The notes: generated by a model from the sequence alone, not told the origin. DNA of 64,000 nt from an uncultured Alphaproteobacteria bacterium (GCA_963843185.1 CAWJJJ010000023.1:61040-125039), one strand, 5' to 3'. Counted from the stretch's first letter, positions 30,956 through 45,966 are shown. Translations and numbers: made by a program.

Positions 30956-32523
30956 GGCTGCCGCCACCGTCGTCTGGCTGGACGGCTGCCCGCGGCTGGC
31001 CGCGGTCAATCCACATGCCCGTACGGCGGGCCTGCGTCCTCACATGCGGCTGGCCGATTCGCGCGCCCTCGTGCCCGATCTGCTCACCGCCGCGGGCGAG
31101 CCGCAGGCCGACCGCCGCCTGATCGAGACCCTCGCCAACTGGTGCGACCGCTACACGCCCTGGGTGGCGGTCGATCCGCTGGGCGGCGCCATCGCCGAGG
31201 AGGGAACCGAAGCCTGCAGCGCCGGCGGTTTCGGCGGCGATGCCGGCCTGCTGCTCGACGTCACGGGCTGCGCCCATCTCTTCGGCCACGACGAGGCGGG
31301 CGAGCGCGCGCTGCTGGCCGACCTGGTCGAGCGGCTCTCGCGCCACGACCTCGCCTGCCGCGCCGCCATGGCCGACACCGCGGGCGCCGCCTGGGCGCTG
31401 GCGCGCTTCGCCGAGCGCCAGGCCGACCTCTTCTGCCCGCGACACGGCCAGCGCGCCGCGCTCGCGTCGCTGCCGGTCGAGGGGCTGCGGCTCGCGGCGC
31501 CGATCCTGGAAACCTTCCTGAAGCTCGGGCTGCGCCGCATCGGCGATCTCTATCCCCTGCCCCGCGCGCCGCTTGCCCGTCGTTTCGGCGACCTGCCGCT
31601 CACCCGCCTCGACCAGGCGCTGGGCGCCGTGGCCGAGCCCATCGAGCCGCGCAGGGCAGCACCCGCCTTCCGCACGCGGCTGGCCTTCGCCGAGCCGATC
31701 GGCCGGTCCGAGGACATCGCCGCCGGGACCAGCCGCCTGCTGGCCGCCCTCTGCCGGCAGTTCGAGCAGGCGGGCGTCGGCGCGCGCAAGCTCGAGATCG
31801 CGCTCTACCGGGTCGACGGCTCGGTCGACCGCACCTCGATCGGCACCAGCCGGCCCAACCGCGACAATCCCGAAGCTGATGAAGCTGTTCGAGGAGAAGC
31901 TGGGCGAGCTCGATCCCGGCTTCGGCGTCGAGCTGATGATCCTGGCCGCCCCCGAGGTCGAGGCATGGGACGGCACGCAGGATGCGCTGCCCGAGACGGG
32001 CGCACTCGCCGCCTCCCTTGGCGAGGACGGCACGGTCGACCTCGCCGACCGGCTGGCGCTGCGGCTGGGCGCGGAGAACGTGGTGCGGCTGCTGCCGCGC
32101 GACAGCCATTTGCCCGAGCGGGTGCAGACGACGGCCGGCGTCTCGGCCAGGCCCGCTTCCGCCGGCGCCTGGCGGCGCGTGGCGGCGCTCAAGGGGGCCC
32201 GGCCGACGCGGCTGCTGCAGCGGCCCGAGCCGGTCGATGTCATGGCGCCCGTGCCCGACGATCCGCCGCGCCATTTCCAGTGGCGTCAGCATACCCATCG
32301 CATCGTGCGCGCCGAGGGGCCGGAACGGCTGGCCGACGAATGGTGGCGGCCCCGGCCCGACGGCAGCCGGCCGCCGGCCAATACCGTGCCGCCGTTCCGC
32401 GACTATTACCGGGTCGAGGACGACGACGGCGGCCGCTTCTGGCTGTTCCGCGACGGGGCCTACAAGACCGCCGCCAACGGCCGGCCGACGGCCCGCTGGT
32501 TCCTCCACGGTTTCTGCGCCTGA
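30846..32523 (+). CDS. imuB: ImuB Y-family polymerase-like protein (frameshift ~31870)
   Basis: MKRIVSLWFP, WCDRYTP, LLLDVTGCAHLFG, SHLPER, GPERL..EWW, RDYYRVED..RFWLFR, WFLHG. Confidence 0.92.
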
Positions 32524-32534
32524 GGGAAGATCAC

Positions 32535-32771
32535 ATGGGCACCCTCACCATCCGCAAGCTCGATGCCGGCACCATCGCCCGGCTGAAGGCGCGCGCCCGT
32601 CTCCGCGGCCGCTCGCTCGAGGCCGACCTGCGCGCGCTTCTGGTCCAGTCCTCGCGCCAGCCGCTGATCCTCGATGCCCTGGCCGAGGCCGACCGCATCG
32701 CCGCCATGACGCCGCGCGAGATGCCGCAAACCGAGAACCTCCCGCTGCTGCAGACGGGCGGCACGCCATGA
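32535..32771 (+). CDS. FitA/StbC-like ribbon-helix-helix antitoxin (78 aa)
   Basis: MGTLTIRKLDAGTIARLKARARLRGRSLEADLRALL; stop overlaps PIN gene start (ATGA). Confidence 0.85.
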   Translation: MGTLTIRKLDAGTIARLKARARLRGRSLEADLRALLVQSSRQPLILDALAEADRIAAMTPREMPQTENLPLLQTGGTP

Positions 32772-33208
32772 TGGTGGTGGTCGAGCCCGGCGTGGCCATC
32801 AAATGGTTCGTCGAGGAGCCGTTGCGCCCGCAGGCGCGCTCGCTGCTGGTGCACGGCCACGAGCTGATCGCGCCCGATATCCTGATCGCGGGCGTGGCCG
32901 AGCTTGCCTGGAAGAAGGCCGCGTCCGGCGAGATCGCGCCCGACCAAGCAGCCCCCATCGTGCGTAGCATCGGCCTGCCATCCTTCATCTCGGCCTTCGT
33001 CGAATCGTCCCGGCTGCGCAACCGCGCGCTGGCGCTGGCCCTGCAGTGCGGCCGGCCGGTGCACGATTGCTTCTATGCCGCCTGCGCCGAAGCCGCGTCG
33101 GCGACCCTGGTCAGCAGCGACGAGATTTTCCTGCAGGCATTGCGGTGCGAGTGCATCGCCATCCGCGGCGTGCCGTTGGCGCGCGTCCACGAGCTCGCCA
33201 CCGCGTAA
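32768..33208 (+). CDS. PIN-domain VapC-like protein with atypical active site (146 aa)
   Basis: VVEPGVAIKWFVEE, APDIL, ELAWKK, ALALAL...VHDCFY, LVSSD. Confidence 0.82.
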   Translation: MMVVVEPGVAIKWFVEEPLRPQARSLLVHGHELIAPDILIAGVAELAWKKAASGEIAPDQAAPIVRSIGLPSFISAFVESSRLRNRALALALQCGRPVHDCFYAACAEAASATLVSSDEIFLQALRCECIAIRGVPLARVHELATA

Positions 33209-33212
33209 GCCC

Positions 33213-36525
<3,313 letters not shown>

Positions 36526-36526
36526 C

Positions 36527-36540
36527 TTGACCCAGATCAA
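36527..36540 (+). promoter_or_regulatory. FNR/FixK-type box
   Basis: TTGAC-CCAG-ATCAA versus consensus TTGAT-N4-ATCAA; ends 53 bp before the sORF ATG. Confidence 0.7.
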
Positions 36541-36593
36541 CGCAGCGCTCCTGCAGACCGGCCACGCTGGAATCGTTCCCAACGGAGCCTGCG

Positions 36594-36719
36594 ATGCAAA
36601 GCTACGATTTCTATTTCTCGGTGATGATATTTGGCGCCTTTGCCGTCTTCGGCGTCGGGCTCGCCGTCAACTACATCCAATACCGGCGCTGGCTGAACCA
36701 CTCCGGCAGCCGCCGCTAG
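36594..36719 (+). CDS. 41-aa single-TM small protein (not in ORF track)
   Basis: MQSYDFYFSVMIFGAFAVFGVGLAVNYIQYRRWLNHSGSRR; GGAG RBS; hydrophobic helix then basic tail. Confidence 0.65.
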   Translation: MQSYDFYFSVMIFGAFAVFGVGLAVNYIQYRRWLNHSGSRR

Positions 36720-39154
36720 AGCCGCGTCGCCTCGTCGATCAGCTCCTGGGCAGCGATGTCCAGCAGCTCGTCCTCGGCGGTGCCGTCCAGCACCCGCTCC
36801 TTGCCGATCTCCAGCAGCACCGGCACGGCGAGCGGCGAGATGCGGTCGAGGCGGCGATATTCGATGCGGCCCTTGGCGCGGCGCAGCAGGTCGCCCAGGC
36901 GCTTCAGGTCGGCGAGTTGCCAGGCGGCGTCCTGGCGCGTGGCGCGCAACAGGATGTGGTTGGGCTCGTGCTTGCGCAGCGCGTCGTAGATCAGGTCGGA
37001 GCTGAAGGTGACCTGGCGGCGCGATTTCTCCTCGCCGGGAAAACGCCGCTCGATCAGGCCGGCGATCACCGCGACATTGCGGAACGAGCGCCGCAGCATG
37101 GTCAATTCATCCATCCAGGCTTCGAGATCGTCGCCCAGCATGTCCTCGTCGAACAGTTGATCGAGCTGCGCCTTGGTCGGCGGCCGCAGGCCCCACAGGC
37201 CCAGCACGTAATCGGTGGCGACGAAACCCAGCGGCCGGAGCCCCATGCGCTCCATGCGCCGCGTCAGCAGCATGCCCAAAGTCTGGTGCGCGTTCCGGCC
37301 TTCGAAGCAGTAGGCGACGATGAACTGCTTGCTGCCGCGCGGAAAACCCTCGACCAGCAGCTTGTCGCGACTGGGCAGGGTCGAGCGGATCCCCTGGATG
37401 CGCAGCCATTCGCGCACCTCGGCCGGCAGCTTGGGATGGCGCGAGGGATCCTGCAGGATGCCGCGCACCCGGTCGGCCAGGAAGGTCGAAAGCGGCAGCC
37501 GGCCGCCGCCATAGGCCGGGACCTTGGGATCGCCGCCGGTCGCCGCCGAGCACTGCGCGACAAGCTCCTTCACGCCCTCGAAACGCAGCATGCGGCCGGC
37601 GAAGACGAAGGTGTCGCCCGGCACCAGCCCCTGGATGAAAGACTCCTCGACCTCGCCCAGGATCGGCCCGCGCCGCATCTTCACCTTGATCAGCGGCAGC
37701 TCGACGATGGTGCCGACATTCATGCGGAACTGCCGCGCCACCAGCGGCGAGGCCAGCATCCAGCGCCCGTCCGGCAGCTGCTTCAGTCGATGCCAGCGGT
37801 CGTAGGCGGCCAGCGCATAGCCGCCGGTGGCGACGAAGTCGAAGGTGTCGTCGAAATCCTGGCGCGACAGGTCGCGGTAGGGCTGGGCGCTCTTCACCTC
37901 GTCGTAGAAGGCCTCGCGGTCGATCGGCTGGGCGCAAGCCGTGCCGACGATGTGCTGGGCCAGCACGTCGAGGCAGGGCGGCCGCGGCGGGTCGCCGTCG
38001 AGCTCGCGCGCCTCGACGGCCTCGAGCGCCGCCAGCAATTCCAGCACCTCGAAGCGGTTGGCCGGCGCGATCATGGCGCGGCTCGGCTCGTCGAGCCGGT
38101 GATTGGCGCGGCCGATCCTCTGCATCAGGCGGCTCACGCCCTTGGGCGCGCCCATCTGGATCACCAGATCGACGTTACCCCAGTCGATGCCGAGATCGAG
38201 CGAGGAGGTCGCCACGACGGCGCGCAGCTTCCCCGCCGCCATCGCCGCCTCGACCTTGCGGCGCTGCTCGACGGCCAGCGAGCCATGATGAAGGCCGATC
38301 GCCAGATTGTCGTCGTTGATGCGCCACAGTCCGTCGAAGGCGAGCTCGGCCTGGGCGCGCGTATTGACGAACACGATCGAGGTCTTGTGCTGGCGGATGA
38401 TGTTGTAGATTTCCGGGATCGCATGCTGGCCCATGTGGCCGCCCCACGGCAGGCGCTCGTGTGCGTCGATGATCGACACCACCGGCTGCGCGCCGGGCTC
38501 GCCCTGCACGATCTCGACCTCGTCCTTGACGGCGAGGAAGTCGGCCAGCGCCGGCGGGTCGGCGACCGTGGCCGACAGGCCGACAAAGCGTACGTGAGGC
38601 GCCAGGGAGGCGACGCGGGCGAGACAAAGCGCCAAATGATGGCCGCGCTTGCTGGTGGCGAAGGCGTGCAGCTCGTCGACGATCACGCATTTCAGGCTGG
38701 CGAAGAATTGCGCAGCGTCCGGATAGGAGAGCAGCAGCGCCATCGACTCGGGCGTGGTCATCAGCAGGTCGGGCGGCCGCTCGCGCTGGCGCAGCCGGCG
38801 GCTCTGCGGGGTGTCGCCGGTCCGGCTCTCGGCGCGCACCGGCAGCTTCATCTCCGCGATCGGCATTTCGAGGTTGCGGCGGATGTCGGTCGCCAGCGCC
38901 TTGAGCGGCGAGATGTAGAGCGTATGCAGCTCGCCCTTGCCCTTCTTGTGGGCGAGATCCCGGCCGTTGCGGCGGCGCTCGGTGAGTTCGATCAGTGACG
39001 GCAGGAAGCCCGCCAGGGTCTTGCCGCCGCCGGTCGGCGCGATCAGCAGCGCGCTCTTGCCCTGCCGGGCCAGTTCGACCAGGGCCAGCTGGTGCGGCCG
39101 GGGCGTCCAGCCGCGGCTTTCGAACCAGCGTGAAAACAGGTCGGGAAGACCCAT
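36716..39154 (-). CDS. Ligase-associated DNA damage response DEXH-box helicase (Lhr-core)
   Basis: APTGGGKT, SPLKAL, TTPES, VDELH, LSAT, HHGSL, QRIGRANH; start 39154 or up to 39196. Confidence 0.93.
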   Translation of the reverse strand: MGLPDLFSRWFESRGWTPRPHQLALVELARQGKSALLIAPTGGGKTLAGFLPSLIELTERRRNGRDLAHKKGKGELHTLYISPLKALATDIRRNLEMPIAEMKLPVRAESRTGDTPQSRRLRQRERPPDLLMTTPESMALLLSYPDAAQFFASLKCVIVDELHAFATSKRGHHLALCLARVASLAPHVRFVGLSATVADPPALADFLAVKDEVEIVQGEPGAQPVVSIIDAHERLPWGGHMGQHAIPEIYNIIRQHKTSIVFVNTRAQAELAFDGLWRINDDNLAIGLHHGSLAVEQRRKVEAAMAAGKLRAVVATSSLDLGIDWGNVDLVIQMGAPKGVSRLMQRIGRANHRLDEPSRAMIAPANRFEVLELLAALEAVEARELDGDPPRPPCLDVLAQHIVGTACAQPIDREAFYDEVKSAQPYRDLSRQDFDDTFDFVATGGYALAAYDRWHRLKQLPDGRWMLASPLVARQFRMNVGTIVELPLIKVKMRRGPILGEVEESFIQGLVPGDTFVFAGRMLRFEGVKELVAQCSAATGGDPKVPAYGGGRLPLSTFLADRVRGILQDPSRHPKLPAEVREWLRIQGIRSTLPSRDKLLVEGFPRGSKQFIVAYCFEGRNAHQTLGMLLTRRMERMGLRPLGFVATDYVLGLWGLRPPTKAQLDQLFDEDMLGDDLEAWMDELTMLRRSFRNVAVIAGLIERRFPGEEKSRRQVTFSSDLIYDALRKHEPNHILLRATRQDAAWQLADLKRLGDLLRRAKGRIEYRRLDRISPLAVPVLLEIGKERVLDGTAEDELLDIAAQELIDEATRL

Positions 39155-39182
39155 ATCCGTTGGGTAGGATGCCTCACTCTCA

Positions 39183-40202
39183 ATGACAACCGACACCCTA
39201 GATCCCCGCTCCTGGCTCTATCCGACGCCGCGCGGTCTCTATTGCAAGCCCGGCGACTTCTATATCGATCCGGCCGTCGCCGTGCCGCGCGCGGTGATCA
39301 CCCACGGCCATGGCGACCACGCGCGGCCCGGCCATCGCGCGGCCCTGGCCACGCCCGAGACGCTGGCGATCATGCGCGCCCGCTTCGAGGGCATGCCCGA
39401 CACCAGCCAACAGCCGTTGAAATACGGCGAAAGCGTGCACCTTGGCGAGGTCGACCTGCAGTTCGCTCCGGCCGGCCATATCCTGGGATCGGCGCAGGCA
39501 GTGCTGGCATACAAGGGCCAGCGCATCGTGGTCTCGGGCGACTTCAAGCGCCGGCCCGATCCGACCTGCCCGCCGTTCGAGCCGGTGCCGTGCGACGTCT
39601 TCATCACCGAAGCGACCTTCGCCCTGCCAGTCTTCCACCATCCCTCCGATGCGGGCGAGATCGGTAAGCTCCTGCGCTCGATCTCGACCTTTCCCGAACG
39701 CACGCATCTGGTGGGAGTCTACGCGCTTGGCAAGTGCCAGAGGGTCATCAAGCTCCTGCGTGCGGCCGGCTGGGACCAGCGGATCTGGCTGCATGGCGCG
39801 CTGCTGTCGCTTTGCAAGCTCTACCAGGAGCACGGCGTCGATCTCGGCGACATCGCCCACGTATCCGATGCGATCCTGGAGACCTTCAAGGGCGCCATCG
39901 TGCTGTGCCCGCCGTCGGCCATCGCCGACCGCTGGTCGCGCCGCTTTGCCGACCCGATGCCGGCGGTCTGCTCGGGCTGGATGCGGGTCCGCGCCCGCGC
40001 CCGTCAAAGCGACGCCGAGCTGCCGCTGATCATCTCCGACCATGCCGACTGGCCCGAGCTGACGCAGACCCTGAAGGATGTCGGCGCTCCCAAGGTCTGG
40101 GTGACGCACGGCCGCGAGGAGGCGCTGGTGCACTATGCGCGCTCGATCGGCATCGACGCCGAGGCGCTGCATCTGGCCGGCCGCGAGGAAGAGGGCGCCT
40201 AG
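39183..40202 (+). CDS. Ligase-associated DNA damage response exonuclease (MBL/beta-CASP-like)
   Basis: ITHGHGDHARPGH, PAGHILGS, SGDFKR, TEATF, SGWM, SDHADW, VTHG. Confidence 0.93.
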   Translation: MTTDTLDPRSWLYPTPRGLYCKPGDFYIDPAVAVPRAVITHGHGDHARPGHRAALATPETLAIMRARFEGMPDTSQQPLKYGESVHLGEVDLQFAPAGHILGSAQAVLAYKGQRIVVSGDFKRRPDPTCPPFEPVPCDVFITEATFALPVFHHPSDAGEIGKLLRSISTFPERTHLVGVYALGKCQRVIKLLRAAGWDQRIWLHGALLSLCKLYQEHGVDLGDIAHVSDAILETFKGAIVLCPPSAIADRWSRRFADPMPAVCSGWMRVRARARQSDAELPLIISDHADWPELTQTLKDVGAPKVWVTHGREEALVHYARSIGIDAEALHLAGREEEGA

Positions 40203-41781
40203 GTGCAGGCCTTCGCCGCCCTGCTCGATGCCCTGTCCTACCAGCCGGCGCGCAACGCCAAGCTGCGGCTGATCGAGGCCTATCTGCGGGAGACGCCCGA
40301 TCCCGACCGCGGCTGGGCGCTGGCCGCGCTGACCGGCGGGCTCGATTTCGCGGCCGCCAAGCCCGCGCTGCTGCGCAGCTTCGGTGAGGACAAGATCGGC
40401 GCGGAACTGTTTCACCTCTCCTATGACTATGTCGGCGATCTTGCCGAGACGCTGTCGTTGATCTGGGAGAGCGATCCTGACGCCGGGCCGCCGCCTACAC
40501 TCGGTGAGGTCGTGGAGACCCTGCAGCGCGCCACGAAGATGCAGACGCCGGCCATCCTGAAGCGCTGGCTGGACGCGCTCGATTCGACGGGACGCTGGGC
40601 GCTCCTGAAATTGCTGACCGGCGCACTCCGGGTCGGCGTCTCGGCCCGGCTCGCCAAGCAGGCCGCGGCCAATATCGGCGGCCAGCCGGTCGACGCCGTG
40701 GAGGAGATCTGGCATGGGCTCTCCGCCCCTTACCGTCCGCTGTTCGACTGGCTGCTGCACGACGCACCCCGGCCCAGCAGCAATGCCGGCGGCGCCTTCC
40801 TGCCGCCGATGCTGGCCAACCCCATCGACCGCGCCGAGCTCGACACGCTCGACCCCGCGCATTTCCGCGCCGAATGGAAATGGGACGGCATCCGCGTCCA
40901 GGTCGCCTCCTCGGGCGGCGTGAAGCGGCTCTACAGCCGCGCCGGCGAGGACGTGTCCGGCTGCCTTCCCCGACATCGTCGACGCCATCGACTTCGAGGG
41001 CGTGTTCGACGGCGAGCTTCTGGTGCGCCGCGAGGAGGCCGTGGCGCCGTTCAACGATCTGCAGCAGCGGCTCAATCGCAAGACCGTGACACCCAGGATG
41101 CTGAAGGAGCATCCCGCGCATGTCAGGCTCTATGACGCGCTGTGGCTCGAGGGCGAAGACTTGCGCGCGCTGTCCTTCGACCAGCGGCGCGCGCGGCTGG
41201 AGGCCTGGATGGCGCAAAGGCCGCGCCAGCGTTTCGACCTCTCGCCGCTGGTGACGTTCCGCGACTGGGCCCATCTCGCCGAGCTGCGCGAGGCGATGAA
41301 GAGCGACGGCATCGAAGGCCTGATGCTGAAGCGCGGCGACAGCGCCTATCTCGCCGGCCGCCCCAAGGGCCCGTGGTTCAAGTGGAAGCGCGATCCCATG
41401 CTGGCCGACTGCGTGCTGATGTATGCCCAGCGCGGCCACGGCAAGCGCTCCTCGTTCTATTCGGATTTCACCTTCGGCTGCTGGCGCGAGGTCGAGGGAA
41501 AGCGCGAGCTGGCGCCGGTCGGCAAGGCCTATTTCGGCTTCACCGACGAGGAGCTGCGCTGGCTCGACAAGTGGGTGCGCGACCATACGACCAACCGCTT
41601 CGGCCCGGTGCGCGAGGTCTCGCACGAGCTGGTGCTGGAGATCGCCTTCGACGGCATCGCCCGCTCGACCCGCCACAAGTCGGGCGTGGCCATGCGCTTC
41701 CCGCGCATCAATCGCATAAGGACTGACAAGCCGGCCGCCGAGGCCGACACCATCGACAATCTGCTGCGGCTCGTGGCATGA
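40203..41781 (+). CDS. ATP-dependent DNA ligase (damage-response type; frameshift ~40960)
   Basis: EWKWDGIR (motif I), DGEL, EGLMLK, WFKWK, MRFPR. Confidence 0.92.
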
Positions 41782-41788
41782 CCAATTC

Positions 41789-43169
41789 ATGGTTGAGGCG
41801 TCCCCAGGCGCTCTGCCGCCGCAAACCCACACCCTGCCACTCAAGGAGCGCATCGCGCGCGGCCGCGCCCTGCGCGATCGCACCTCGCGCCGCCACCACG
41901 CCGGCTGGAAGGCGCCGTCCGAGCGCCGCGATCCGGTCGAGATCCTGATCGAGCAGGGCGAGTCGCGCCTGCCCGACCTCCTGCCCTGCGCTACGCGCGC
42001 ATGAAAACGACGCCCTTCACCTTCCTGCGCGGCGCCGCCGCCGTGATGGCAGCCGACCTCGCCGTCACGCCGGTCAGCGGCCTCATGGTGCAGGCTGCGG
42101 GCGACTGCCATTGCCTCAACTTCGGCGGCTTCGCCACGCCCGAGCGGCGGCTCGCCTTCGACATCAACGATTTCGACGAGACCGCCGTGGCGCCCTGGGA
42201 GTGGGACGTGAAGCGCCTGGCCGCAAGTTTCGTCGTGGCCACGCTCGACGTTCTGGCCAGGCAAGCGCGCACCGAGCTGGCGGAGATCGTCGCGCGGCGC
42301 TACCGCGAGAGCATGGCCGAGATCGCCGGCCAGCCGGTGCTCGATACCTGGTATCGCGCGCTCACGATCGACGACGAGGCCACCGCCGGCGTCGATCGGC
42401 GTCGACCCCGCGTGCACTGCGCAAGGCCGATGTCGCGCGCGCGCATCCCGCGGAAATCGTCGCGGTCGGCCACCGCGGCGGCGCACCCGCGCATCGAGGA
42501 CGATCCGCGCATGGCGTCTATCACCCCGACCCCGCCGATGCCGTCGCCTTCCGCGCCGCCGTCGCGGCCATGCTGGTGGACTATGCCCAGTCGCTCACGC
42601 CCGAACGCCGCACGCTTCTGCAGCGCTACGCCTCGCCGACGCGGCCTACAAGGTGGTGGGCGTCGGCGCGGTCGGCACGCTGTGCGGCGTGCTGCTGATG
42701 GTCTCGGGCAACAGCGAGGCGCTTTACCTGCAGTTCAAGGAGGCGACGCGCTCGGTGCTCGAGGCCTATGCCGGACCCAGCCCATATGCCCATCACGGCG
42801 AGAGGGTGGTGCGCGGCCAGCGCCTGCTGCAGGCGGCGGCGACATCCTGCTGGGCTTCGCGACCGGCCCGACCGGGCGGCATCTCTATTTCGCCAATTGC
42901 GCGACGCCAAGATCAGGCCGCAGCTCGAGATCATGACGCCGCGCGATTTCCGCCGCTATGCCGCGACCTGCGGCGAGGTACTGGCGCGGGCGCACGCGCG
43001 GACCGGCGATGCCGTGATGCTGTCGGCCTATCTGGGCAAGAGCGGCACGTTCGACGAGGCGATCGGCGTATTCGCAACGGCCTACGCCAAACAGACCGTG
43101 AGGGACCACGAGGCCCTGTCGAAGGCCATAAAGAGCGGCCTTTTGCCCGTTCGAGACGACGGTTTGTAG
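41789..43169 (+). CDS. DUF2252 family protein (multiple frameshifts)
   Basis: GRALR, PFTFLRGAAAVMAADL, GDCHCLNFG, FDINDFDE, WEWDVKRL, VVGVGAVGT, LARAHARTGD. Confidence 0.8.
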
Positions 43170-43259
43170 CAAGAGAACGGCGACCGGAGAGCCGCTCGAG
43201 CCCAATTCCCTCCGCCCTTTGGGGTCGAAATACGGGGCGAAGCGACCTACATTGACACC

Positions 43260-44252
43260 ATGATCGATCCCTTCGGCCGGCATATTTCCTACCTGCGAGT
43301 CTCGGTAACGGATCGCTGCGATTTCCGCTGCGTCTATTGCATGGCCGAGGACATGACCTTCCTGCCCAAGGCCGAGGTTCTCTCGCTCGAGGAGCTGGAG
43401 CGCCTGTGCACGGCCTTCGTTCGGCGCGGGGTCCGCAAGCTCAGGCTGACCGGCGGTGAACCGCTGGTGCGCAAGAACGTGATGTCGCTGATCCGCGGGC
43501 TGGGCCGGCACCTCGACAGCGGTGCGCTGGACGAGCTTACGCTCACCACCAACGGCAGCCAGCTCGCCAAGTACGCCAAGGAACTGGCCGCGGTCGGCGT
43601 GCGCCGTCTTAACGTTTCGATGGACACGCTGGACAAGGACAAGTTCCGCGAGCTGACGCGCTGGGGCGACCTCGACCAGGTGATGCGCGGCATCGATGCC
43701 GCCCAGCAGGCCGGCCTGCACATCAAGATCAACGCCGTGGCGCTGCGTGGCGTCAACGACATGGAATTCGGCGATCTGATCCGCTGGACCCATGGCCGCG
43801 GCATGGACCTGACGCTGATCGAGGTCATGCCGATGGGCGAGATCGGCGCCGACGCGCGACTCGACCAGTACCTGCCGTTGTCGCTGGCTCGGGCGGAGAT
43901 CGCCAAGCACCTCACCCTGACCGAGACCGACTATCGCACCGGCGGTCCGGCGCGCTATTTCAAGGTCGAGGAGACTGGCGGCCGGCTGGGCTTCATCACG
44001 CCGCTCACCCACAATTTCTGCGAAAGCTGCAACCGCGTGCGGCTGACCTGCACCGGCACGCTCTATATGTGCCTCGGCCAGGAGGACGCCGCCGACCTGC
44101 GCGCGCCGCTGCGCGCCTCCGAGAGCGACGAGCTTCTCGACCAAGCGATCACCGAGGCGATCGCGCGCAAGCCCAAGGGCCACGATTTCATCATCGACCG
44201 CCGCCATAGCGGCCCGGCCGTGCCGCGCCACATGAGCGTCACCGGCGGTTAG
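43260..44252 (+). CDS. moaA: GTP 3',8-cyclase MoaA
   Basis: [21 protein letters not shown], terminal GG. Confidence 0.96.
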   Translation: MIDPFGRHISYLRVSVTDRCDFRCVYCMAEDMTFLPKAEVLSLEELERLCTAFVRRGVRKLRLTGGEPLVRKNVMSLIRGLGRHLDSGALDELTLTTNGSQLAKYAKELAAVGVRRLNVSMDTLDKDKFRELTRWGDLDQVMRGIDAAQQAGLHIKINAVALRGVNDMEFGDLIRWTHGRGMDLTLIEVMPMGEIGADARLDQYLPLSLARAEIAKHLTLTETDYRTGGPARYFKVEETGGRLGFITPLTHNFCESCNRVRLTCTGTLYMCLGQEDAADLRAPLRASESDELLDQAITEAIARKPKGHDFIIDRRHSGPAVPRHMSVTGG

Positions 44253-45175
44253 GCCTCCGGACCAGCCTGCGAATTGGCCGTCTTGATCTGCGCCCGCCGC
44301 ACCGCCTCGCGGTGGGAAATGTACATGGCGCTGCCGAAGATCACCGCCGCGCCGACGAAGGTCCAGATGTCGGGCTGTTGCATGAACAGGAGGAGACCCA
44401 GCAGCGTGTTCCAGATCAGCGACAGGAAGCCGATGGGCTGCAGCAGGGTGATGTCGGCCAGCTGATAGCCGCGCTGCTGGCAGAGGTGGCCGAGCGTGCC
44501 GCACAGTCCGGCGGCCACGAACCACAGCAGGTCGGTCCCGCGCGGCGTCTGCCAGAACCAGATCGCGAACGGTGCCGCACAGGCCACGATCACGATGTTC
44601 TGCCAGATCACGATGGTGTTGGCCGAATCGGTCCGCGCCAGCGCCTTGGAGATCAGGTTGGAGGCCGAGAAGATCGGCGTGCTGATCAGGATGCAAACGA
44701 CGCCGAGATGAATCTGGCTGAAGCCCGGCCGGATGATGATCATGGCGCCGGCGAAGCCCACGAGGACAGCGATCCAGCGGCGCAGCCGGACGTCCTCGGC
44801 AAGGAACAGCGCCGCGCCGATGGTGACGAAGATCGGACCGGTGAAGCCCAGCGCCGTGATCTCGGCCAGCGTCGTAAGCGGCAGGGCCACGAACCAGAGC
44901 ATCATGCCGGCGGTATGGATGGCGCCGCGCGAGATGTGCAGGCCGAGACGATTGGTATGCAGCGAGCGGTAGAGGCCAAGCCGGAATACGATCGGCAGCA
45001 GGAACACCGAGCCGAAAAGATAGCGCAGGAACGCCATCACGTAGGAATTGAGGTGATGCGCAGGAATGAGGGTGAAGACGTTCAACAGTGCGAACAGCAC
45101 GCCTGACACGGCGACCCAGAGGATGCCGCGCAGATTTGGCGGCAGCGCAAGCCAGCGGGCGACGAGTGAAGACAC
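44249..45175 (-). CDS. DMT/EamA family transporter
   Basis: ~10 TM, two EamA repeats. Confidence 0.88.
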   Translation of the reverse strand: MSSLVARWLALPPNLRGILWVAVSGVLFALLNVFTLIPAHHLNSYVMAFLRYLFGSVFLLPIVFRLGLYRSLHTNRLGLHISRGAIHTAGMMLWFVALPLTTLAEITALGFTGPIFVTIGAALFLAEDVRLRRWIAVLVGFAGAMIIIRPGFSQIHLGVVCILISTPIFSASNLISKALARTDSANTIVIWQNIVIVACAAPFAIWFWQTPRGTDLLWFVAAGLCGTLGHLCQQRGYQLADITLLQPIGFLSLIWNTLLGLLLFMQQPDIWTFVGAAVIFGSAMYISHREAVRRAQIKTANSQAGPEA

Positions 45176-45245
45176 GTCGCGACTATGTCATAGGGACTGC
45201 AATGCCGCACTCCTGGCGGCGCGCCGCTTTCGATGCGCGAAGCGC

Positions 45246-45966
45246 CTAGGCCTCTCCGACCGCCTCGCCATGGGGCAGCACCGTCGGAATGACGTAGCTG
45301 TCGTCGCGCAGGGCAGATACCCGCTGCACCAGGTCCTCGATGTAGGGATCGTGGATGCGCAGCGCACGCGCCTGGGCCGCAGTGTTGGCGAGATAGTCGC
45401 GGCAGGCGCCGCGGCGGCCCTCGGCGAAGGCGATGTGGTGTGCCGCGCGCTCGAGCGGGAGGTCGCCGCAATACTGGCAGTGGCCGGGGTCGACGACGAA
45501 GGTCACGGCGGTGACGGTGCGTCCATCACGCAGCTTGGTCGGCACCCAGCGCGGCTGGTAGACGCCCGCGAGCATCTCGCGGTTCCACAGGAGGGCGAGT
45601 TCGCTGTGCACCTGATCCGGCGCCAAGCGATAGGCGATGCCCTCGCACCCTCCGCCGCGCTCCAACGCCAACATGAGGCCCGGCAGCTCGGGCGTCCCGC
45701 GGCCAAGTGGCGTCCAGAAGCAGAAGGAGCGACGCCAGCCGTCGACTTTGCAAGGCTGCAGATTCAGTGAACTCGATCGCGGGGTTCCACATCAGCGAGC
45801 CATAGGCGAACACCCACGCCTCCTCGCCGGGTACGTAGCGCGTCAGCGCTTCCTTGAGGCTCGCCTCGCGCTCCTCCGCCGACAGGAAGAAGTCGTAGCC
45901 GGCCTTGCGGGCGTCGGCGACGATCTGGTCGATGCGCTCGGACGTCAGTTCGTCTCGTTTGAGCAA
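45246..45966 (-). CDS. ChaC-like gamma-glutamylcyclotransferase (frameshift ~45760)
   Basis: WVFAYGSLMWNP; RGTPELPGLMLAL; LWNREM; G.C.DYL.NT. Confidence 0.85.

Noticed and set aside
30006..32771. 921-aa ORF apparently fusing ImuB with the RHH antitoxin
   Set aside because: Product of the imuB frameshift at ~31870 plus stop-poor GC-rich frames; the true ImuB C-terminus ends at 32523 in another frame.
31982..33208. 408-aa ORF suggesting a long N-terminal extension on the PIN protein
   Set aside because: The upstream part is an alternative frame of imuB and the RHH gene; the PIN starts at the ATGA overlap at 32768.
32524..33212. Mobile element carrying the TA pair
   Set aside because: No transposase, terminal inverted repeats or target duplication seen.
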